Shown piece after piece: positions 53,150 to 64,000 of a stretch of 64,000 nucleotides of DNA (its first letter is position 1; the number at the start of each line of letters is the position of its first letter). The stretch lies in NCBI RefSeq assembly GCF_009914755.1, contig NC_060927.1; one strand, written 5' to 3'. A model generated the notes under the pieces. That model saw nothing but the letters and a program-made list of their open reading frames with translations, was not told the origin of the DNA and made no database searches. Position numbers and translations under genes: made by a program. The DNA comes from the human T2T-CHM13v2.0 reference genome, Homo sapiens.

Positions 53150-53385
53150 TTTTTTTTGTTTTATAATTTCAACTTTTATTTTAGATTCACCAGGTACATA
53201 TGCAGCTTTGTTTCATAGGTATATTTTGTGATGCTGAGGTTTGGGGTATAAATGATCCCATCATACCGATAGTGAGCATAGCGTTCAATAGATAGTTTTT
53301 CAGCCCTTACCTCTCTCCCTTTTTCCCTGCTCTAGTAGTTCCCAGTGTCTACTGTTCCCATGTTTGTGTCCATGTATACCCAATT
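53150..53385 (-). mobile_element. 5'-truncated L1PA15-17/L1PB-type 3' end
   Basis: atttcaacttttattttagattca...gtgatgctgaggtttgggg...gtgagcatag...tttttcagccctt...tgtccatgtatacccaat. Confidence 0.85.
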
Positions 53386-53679
53386 AACATTATTTTTATT
53401 TAAAATTATCAACCTTTGAAATTTGAGAAGGGATTCTACACTCATGAATGATTGTTACAGAAATTGACATGCCTTTACAAACAACTAGAAAACTGTACAA
53501 AATAAATCAAACAAAAGTTTCAAGGTGGTGAACAGCATGCAGAGCAGGAATATGGTGTCTAAGAGAAGGGGAAAGAAAGACAGGTGATCAGTTAGGTTAC
53601 TCCGATTTTCTGCCTTGAGGCAGATTACAAGATTGTAATAGTGCAGTAAAGAGGAACTAAAACAGGTTAAGGAAATAAA

Positions 53680-54910
<1,231 letters not shown>

Positions 54911-55262
54911 CAATTTTAAACAGTCAAACATAGACAAAGATAATATCTACAATGTTGCTTTTTCTTAAATAAAAATAAAAGGTACCAAAGCTAGATAAAG
55001 ACATTACACAAAAGGAAAAAGGGAAATTGCCTGCCAATATACAACATAAACATGCATGAAAATAATCTATACAATATTAGCAAATTTAATCTAACAATAC
55101 ATAAAATAGTTATACACCATTACCAATTGAATTGTAATCAAATGCAAGACTGGCTCAACATTTTATAATTAATTTATATAATCCATAACATCAATAGCCT
55201 CAAAAAGAAAAATCATATGATCATAATAGGTGCAGAAAAGTATTTGACAAAACCCAACACCC

Positions 55263-55635
<373 letters not shown>

Positions 55636-55821
55636 CTATGAACTTTAACTTCATAAACAATATCTATAAAACACCTATAGTTAACATCATACTTAATAGA
55701 CAGAAACTAGGTACTTTCCCATTAAGATCAGGAACAAGGCAAAAATGTCCTCCAAAGTCACCGCTCTTATTCAACATTGTAATGGAAGTCCTAGATGAAG
55801 CAAAAAGTGCAGCATTTGAAG

Positions 55822-55890
55822 CAAAAGTGTAATTATTGAGAAGTGAACCAAAAGTGTAATTATTGAGAAGTGAACCAAAAGTGTAATTAT
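55822..55890. repeat. Perfect 27-bp tandem repeat, ~2.5 copies
   Basis: caaaagtgtaattattgagaagtgaac at 55822 and 55849, partial copy at 55876. Confidence 0.95.
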
Positions 55891-55999
55891 GTCATTCGAA
55901 GATGAGATGATCATCTGTAGAAAACCCAAAATAATTAACAAAGACAAATCCTGGAAGTCATAAGCTGTTATACAAGTTTGGAGAATAAAAGAAATTTGA

Positions 56000-56317
<318 letters not shown>

Positions 56318-57321
56318 TCAATTGCATTTTTATATGCCAGCAATAAAAGAGTGAAATTTGAAGGAAAACATGCAATACCACTTACATCAGCACAAAAAAA
56401 GTAGTCAAGTATGAATCTTAAAAAAAAAAAAAAAAACTTCAAAATCCATATGAGGGAAACTTCAAAACTCTGATGAAAGAAAAGTAGGAACCAAATAATT
56501 GGAGATATTTTTCATACACGTGGATAGAATAACTCAATATCATGAAGATGTCAGGTCTTCCAAACTTCATAGATTCAATGGAGTTCCCTCCAAATCTCAG
56601 TACGTTTCTTTGGAGATACTGACAAACTGATTCAAAGTGTATAAAGAAAGGTAACAGATGCAGAATAACCAACTCAATATTGGAGGGGAACAAACTTGAA
56701 TGACTGACTTTGACTTATTATAAAACTACAATAATCAACACAGTGTGGTATTTGCAAAAGCATGGGCAAATAGATCCATGGAAGAGAATATATAGCTCAA
56801 AATAGACACAAAAAGAATCAAACTTTATACATTTTACATAGACTTAAATGTGAAACACAAAACTATAAAACTTTCAGAATATAGCATAAGAGAAAATCTT
56901 GATCACATTGAGTTCAGTGATGGCATTTTAGATACAACGCCAAAGCCATAATTTACATAATAAAAATTTTATAAAGTGAACTTGATGATAATTTAAAAAC
57001 TTTTTTCTGCCAAAGACACTGCTCAGACTGAAAGTACAAGGCAAAGACAAAAAGAAAATAGTTGTAAAACACATATCTGATAATAGACTGTTATCTAAAA
57101 TATACAAAAAAATCTTAAGACTCAACAATAAGAAATTAAACACTATGAAATATTGGCAAATGATCTGAACAGATATCTCACCAGCGAAGATTGTCAAATG
57201 ACAAATCAACATATGAAAAGGTAGAAAACACCATGTGCCAGCAGAGAATTGAAAATTAAAACCACTACTACGTTCCCATTAAAATGACTGAAATCCAGAA
57301 AACTGAAAATTCCAAATCTTA

Positions 57322-57765
<444 letters not shown>

Positions 57766-57777
57766 TTACAGATAGAG

Positions 57778-58293
<516 letters not shown>

Positions 58294-59597
58294 CTAGGCA
58301 AATATAAAAAACTGGAATTTTTTATTTCTCTGAAGAGAAATTGTACTAATCTCACTTAATATCTTCATGTGATAAATAAAGAGATCAGATAGACAAAGGG
58401 AAAGAATAGTGACAATTTGTACAGATATTTTTAAGAATTTTTTTTCCCATGCCATATGAAATTATTTTTCACAAGTAGCTAAGTACAATTATCGACCATT
58501 TCTAATGACTGAATGAATGATTAACTTTTGCCTCAACCTTAATGGTTATCAGTGATTCTGCCTCAGTTTTAAGGATCTAGTTTTTGAGGAAAAATTCAGA
58601 ATAGGATTATCTTATAAAAGAGACAAAAAGAGATTTTAAGTGAGCTTAAACATTTACGGGAGATTATGAACCTTTTAATAATTGGATAAATGTCTACAGG
58701 ATGAAGTGAATAATTATGATAATTATCTATATTGGAGAAAAATATGTGACTACAGGTGAGCTGCTTTTGGAAAAATAAAATATACATCAACATTCTAAAT
58801 GGTTTGATTTATTTAGAAAAATAGATGCAATAAAAATATAATATTACTCTAAGCTTTAATACATGTTGATAAAACAGTTAGTTCACATACTGAACTGACT
58901 TGACTCAAATGATTCCTAATCAGAAATTATAAAATCCATTTAAAATTTTCTGAACAATATAAATTAGAATAGCATCTGTTCAAGATTTTATTCAAATTAA
59001 TAATTTAGCCCACCTATATTCACAAAAATATATTTCTAATGGTATAATCCTATATTGACACAGAGTAATAAAATAATTTAAAAATATATAATAACAAAGG
59101 GGTCATCTATAATTTCTTCAGCTATGATTTACTTTTCTGCTTCGTACTTAGGTTCAGTGATTTAGGTTGGGATACAATGTACATGCGTGTCTCGGTTTTT
59201 CTTGCTTACTTCTGGACAAGCCAATTGCACATATTTAATCACAGTGGATAGTGGATCCTCTGTAATAAATCTTCATTGGACAAGTAGATCACCCAAAATA
59301 AATCATCTGTGGGTGAATGAAACAACTTTGCTCAAACATCCATGGAAAAGGAGCTCATCCATCATAAATCAAAGATAGATAAGTGGATCAGCCTTGATTT
59401 ACTGCCTCTAACCGTGACTATGGTTTTGCCTTAACTATGATGTACCATAATTTTACAAACAGTATATAGCTTAGAAAAATGTGGAAGAGTTGCCTCCCTA
59501 ATACTGCTTTTGAAAGCCTATTTTTATATGAAGCAGTAGCATAATGAATAAAATAAAAAGAAAAGTTGCAAAATACTATTCAGTTAGATTAATTTAT

Positions 59598-59622
59598 CCT
59601 ATTCAGCCATCTTGGAACCCCC
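59598..59622 (-). mobile_element. 25-bp stub of an L1PA 5' terminus between 17-bp direct repeats
   Basis: Minus strand gggggttccaagatggctgaatagg(a) matches the L1PA 5' start (..TTCCAAGATGGCCGAATAGGA); flanked by cagttagattaatttat at 59581-59597 and 59623-59639. Confidence 0.8.
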
Positions 59623-59679
59623 CAGTTAGATTAATTTATTAATGTGATATAAAATAAAGAGAACTAGGAAATTATCAAA

Positions 59680-59815
59680 AAATTAAGTCCAAATCCCAGG
59701 AATTCCAGTTATTGATGTGACCTTGAATAAATATTTTCTCCATCTATAAAATGACAGTGATAATCGACAGCCTCATAGACATTGCAAGGAGTAAAGGTGC
59801 TGCTTAATAAACATA
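59680..59815 (+). mobile_element. MIR relic
   Basis: caaatccca...tgtgaccttgaataa...catctataaaatg...gataat...cctcatag core. Confidence 0.7.
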
Positions 59816-60306
59816 TATTTTTATTGTTCACATATTTTGGAATACATATATCTTCTGTTCCTTTCCCTGAGATACAAAGTGAGATATACATAACACTGTT
59901 CCTGTCTTGTTGAAGGGTGGGATCAAAGTAAATTAATCACAAAATTATATAATAACACCTAGACAGAGATATGAATAGGGAATTATTTAAAAAAATAGGG
60001 CAGTTAAACTGTAATCAATGGCAAAAATTTTAAAAAATGACTTTGAAGAAGAGTCTTAAAGCTTAAAAGAGACATTCAATGAAGAATGCAGGGATGGGAA
60101 GGATATGTATAAGGATTAGCAATTGTGAGAATATGCTCTTGGGACTGTAAATACAAGGATCTGCATATTTACGGACATGCATGTTTCCATAAATACAGTA
60201 ATAAATTATCTCATCAGATTTTGGCAGGGGTCACATATAAAATGTCTTCTATGACTGGTTAAATAGATAAAATTTATTCTAAGCCAATAGAGCATCTCTT
60301 GATGGC

Positions 60307-60361
60307 ATATATATATGTGTGTATATATATATATAATATATATGTTTGTGTGTGTGTGTGT
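60307..60361. repeat. (TA)/(TG) compound microsatellite
   Basis: Read directly from the sequence. Confidence 0.85.
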
Positions 60362-60672
60362 AGTCTATATGACTTCCATAGTAGCAACTTCTACTCATTA
60401 TTTCATCTGAAATAAAGCCACTTTTTTCATTTGTATTTCACATAAATTACTGTCCTGCAAACTACAACATCAAATACATCTTGCCAAAGCATTTTCTGCT
60501 AGAGTTAACACACCACATAAATTGAACAGTTCATTATATAAATGAAAAAAAAATGCTAAGATAATCATTTACATCTATGGTAATACTTTTGTTTTGTTTT
60601 GAATAGATAAAATATCAAAATATCTTTTTAAAGGTCAAATATGTTTGCATACTATATCCCATTCACAGGAAG

Positions 60673-60695
60673 ATAGATAGATAGATAGATAGATA
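60673..60695. repeat. Short (GATA)n
   Basis: About 5-6 units. Confidence 0.85.
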
Positions 60696-62160
60696 ATGTA
60701 ATTTTACTATTGAATTTATAATCCATTACTATTATAAAATCAACTTTTCAAAGTTTTTGACAATATTAACTCATTTATCACATTTCACGTTTCCTTTTTT
60801 CACACTTTCAAAAATATATTTTATACTCACTTTAGAAGTTCTATATTTGCTGATTATATTGTTTATATATTATTATATTTCTAAAATAATGTTGAATTGA
60901 TAGACTGATTTTATTTTACTCACTTTTTTCCAGAGAAACACAAAGTATCTGATTTTACCGTCAAGGCTTGGGATTATATGCTTTGTGTAATAAAAGAAAA
61001 AGTATTTTATTTTCTCCTGATGGGCTTAAATAAAATAGAAAGCACACTTCAAGGTTTTACTTTTGGTTGTGTGTTTTGGGTATGTTCATGTGGTTTTTAA
61101 AGGATTATTGTTCTGTAATCAAAAATGAACATGAACTTAATCCCTCTTCAAATATAGTCAAGAAAAGTAATTCTTACTTTTTTGTAAAACGTAACCAAAA
61201 ATATTTTAGAATACAAGGTTTACTGAAAAGCATTAGTTAATTATATAATAAATGTAAATACCACTCAGTGTGTGTTTTATAGATATTTTTCACAATATCC
61301 TCAAAATAGGTATGGTGAAGTACTACAAAAATTATAAAAAATAAATAAAACATTCCTTCTTTAACAATTATATTCCTAGTCTAATGAAGTGAGTTAAATG
61401 AAGTGCTAAGTGCCTGAATTTTAAAATCTAAATTTTCATGTAAGTACATAATGAGTATCCTTGCTTATTTTTCTTCCAAACATAAAAAATTATTTATTTA
61501 ACGATTTACATAATTTATTCAGTTTTTTTACTTTAGGGAATGAGTTTAAGATACATTTGAAATACCTGGGGGCAGATTGAGATAATCAAAACATAACAGT
61601 AATTGTTGAATGGCCTTAAGAACAAATCCCTACCTTTTGTGTCTAACCATCCATATTGTTTTATATTTTGATTTGATTATAAGTAAGCTCTATACCAGAA
61701 TTATTTTCTGTTCCTATGAAGACCAGGATACTGCAATTGTGATCATTGGAAGATTAAGTAAAATCTTCATTATGGTTCTCAATTGGCTTTTTCAAAAGAG
61801 TGCAATTGTTTTAAACTGGTGTCCAACAAGTAAATTTTTCAGAATTATTCTTTCTCATAATCCTTAGTAATTATGTATTAAATAGAATGATCTTTTGGTG
61901 ATACATATAATATATGCTTATAATGCAACAACTTCAATTCTTTTATTATGTAAAATGGATTCTTATCATGGTCAGTTGCATACACTCACCAATTTCAAAC
62001 ATCTTCACGGACAGTAAGGCAGAGTAGACATCAGGTTTGAAAATTTCTCTACATTACTAATCTTTTAAAATGAAGTCAACCATTAATTTCATATATGTCA
62101 TATAGATTTTGTAAAGCAGTCTGGTTACTGCTCACAGGTACAATGATACGAACTGTGACA

Positions 62161-62240
62161 TATATTATATTGTATTGTATTATATTATATTATATTATAT
62201 TATATTATATTATATTATATTATATTATATTATATATATT
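62161..62240. repeat. (TATAT)n pentanucleotide repeat
   Basis: Read directly; source of the YYIIL repeats in ORF 62095-62316. Confidence 0.95.
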
Positions 62241-62844
62241 ATTGTGTATCACACACACAACAAATTGCATAATGACCAAAAGCACACAAAAAGATAATCA
62301 AAGTCTACATCTGTGAAATTCTATTTCTTCTACAAGGACTGCAGCTGAGCAGTTCACATGTCTAGTAGTCCAGTTTTGATAGTGTTATAATCTGAATTGT
62401 ATTGGAAAATGAAAAATATTTTCAAATATTTATGGATGGGTTAAAGCAGGAAGTAGGTAGAAATGCATTCACGTTCTAGAATTTAGCTCTGGGAACTCTG
62501 TCATTTCCCTACTCACTGTTCTTTAAAATATAGCCTTCTTACTTGTATAGGATTAATTGCTTGCCCCCTAAATGCCAAGGCATTTCCCTGTCAAAGTAAT
62601 TTATTGCAAACAAGTCATGTCTCTATAACTCATCTGACTGGGTAGCAAGCCCTCAGCATAGTTTTCACCTGTACAAAATGACTATTCTGTGTAATGTGCA
62701 TTTTGTTAGTTGCTGAAGCAAAACATCATTATATCATTTATTATATTTTTGACATTCAGGCCACATTTTCAATGGCCTAATTTGCTATGATATTTCTTAT
62801 AGTGATATAACTTTTACAACATTCCACACCCAACATTAGAGCGA

Positions 62845-63130
62845 ATTATTTTCCAGGTCTCTCTACTTCCTTCCTAAATGAATAAGAATTTGATGATGCA
62901 TGAGCTGTGTTCCCCCTTAATTCTTGTATATAAGAAGCTTTCTCAGCAATTCTTTTCCTCTTTCTGGATCTTCTGTTGTTAATTTTTTTACTTGCAGTAT
63001 GTTTATTCCAACATTTCTTGCTCATACTTGTGAACTTTGATAATGGTGTATTTTCTTTTATCCATTTTCCTTGAGAAGTTTTAGGGCACACTCTGACCAA
63101 CACTTTTCTATTTCTTCTTCTTTTCTTTTC
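62845..63130 (-). mobile_element. Possible ancient L1/HAL1 ORF1 remnant
   Basis: A-rich, Lys/Arg-rich minus-strand stretch loosely resembling the ORF1 C-terminal region; weak. Confidence 0.3.
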
Positions 63131-64000
63131 CTATTGTCAACACCCCAATCCATCTGCAAACTACAGTCAGATTAGTTTTCATTGTGCCTTGTTCTTTTTC
63201 ATAGTTTATACAAAGTCAGCTCACTAGCCCTTCACATAAACTGCTTCTCAAGCCTCCTCTTTTGCATGTTCTAATGTTGACCTTTGCCTAATAATTGAAT
63301 GTCGTGACTGATTAACATAGTCTCATTTTACAGAGAATATGGTCTTCCTAGGTTTATGCTTACTACTTATTGCATTATAAAAGATTCAGGAGGAAAAACA
63401 AACCAAAAATAAGAGGAGCCTACTTTTATATCAGAGATTCTCAAGTCTTCGTCTGCATAAAAATCATATACAAATCTCAGCTCATTAAAAAGTGCATATT
63501 CAATTTTTTACTTATAGGAGTCAATCATCAGGAGGGGTTGGAGACCAGAAACATACATTTTAATGAAAACCCCAGTGTATTTTGCTGAAGATGGCCTGAT
63601 ACAATTTAGCAATTGTTCAATGGCTATAGCTTCTAACACCTGTCCTAATGTGGATATTTCATTTTCTCTCCAGAAATTGTACTCAGTAAAATATTTTTAT
63701 TTAAATTATTGCTATGAAATTTAATTTACTAGAAGCCAGGGAAAGATATTTTCTTTCAGTGTTCAGAGAATAAACATATTGATATCTATATATAGGTAAA
63801 CTTAATTATTACTCATTCATAACCTAATTCCTTCAAAGACATTTTTACTCTGTTAATTATTATAAAAAGTATAAGTACTTGACTTGCTGTTTGGAAACTA
63901 AACCCTGGGTATTCTCTATAACATTATCATCTTCCCTTTTTTAGCTAGCAATGAACAGGACTACTTGTGCCAGTATGTTTTATGTTGCTTTGAGGGCCAG

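Noticed and set aside
55822-55890. Short direct repeats here and at 38468-38568 and 59581-59639 as a CRISPR-like array
   Set aside because: Eukaryotic context, no series of unique spacers, no cas genes; explained by tandem duplication, LTR structure and a TSD respectively

Overview
Primate (human-like) non-coding genomic DNA: AT-rich, CpG-depleted and dominated by interspersed repeats. I can support no protein-coding gene, RNA gene or CRISPR array. All listed ORFs are repeat-derived or chance; the only clearly recognisable peptide is the C-terminus of L1 ORF2p in a 5'-truncated L1PA2/3 copy. Main elements: about 15 Alu/FLAM copies, several L1 fragments of different ages, L2/MIR relics, DNA transposons (MER2, MER5A, MER33, MER94), many solo LTRs, two degenerate ERVL-class proviral remnants, an ~8 kb two-LTR MER65-like ERV1 provirus with PBS and PPT, and microsatellites. 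The most unusual structures are small. (1) At 59581-59639, only the first ~25 nt of an L1PA 5' end (its YY1 site) sits between a 17-bp direct repeat, an apparently near-completely deleted full-length L1. (2) At 57778-58222, a trimeric Alu carries a perfectly identical 132-bp duplication of its left monomer. (3) At 4439-4515, a perfect 43-bp palindrome lies inside a direct-inverted-direct template-switch scar. (4) At 38197-38777, a solo LTR retains a 24-bp-phased CCAAT array, octamer, YY1 and TATA motifs. Repeat subfamily names come from remembered consensus sequences and need RepeatMasker/Dfam confirmation. I found no evidence for a novel protein-based system.
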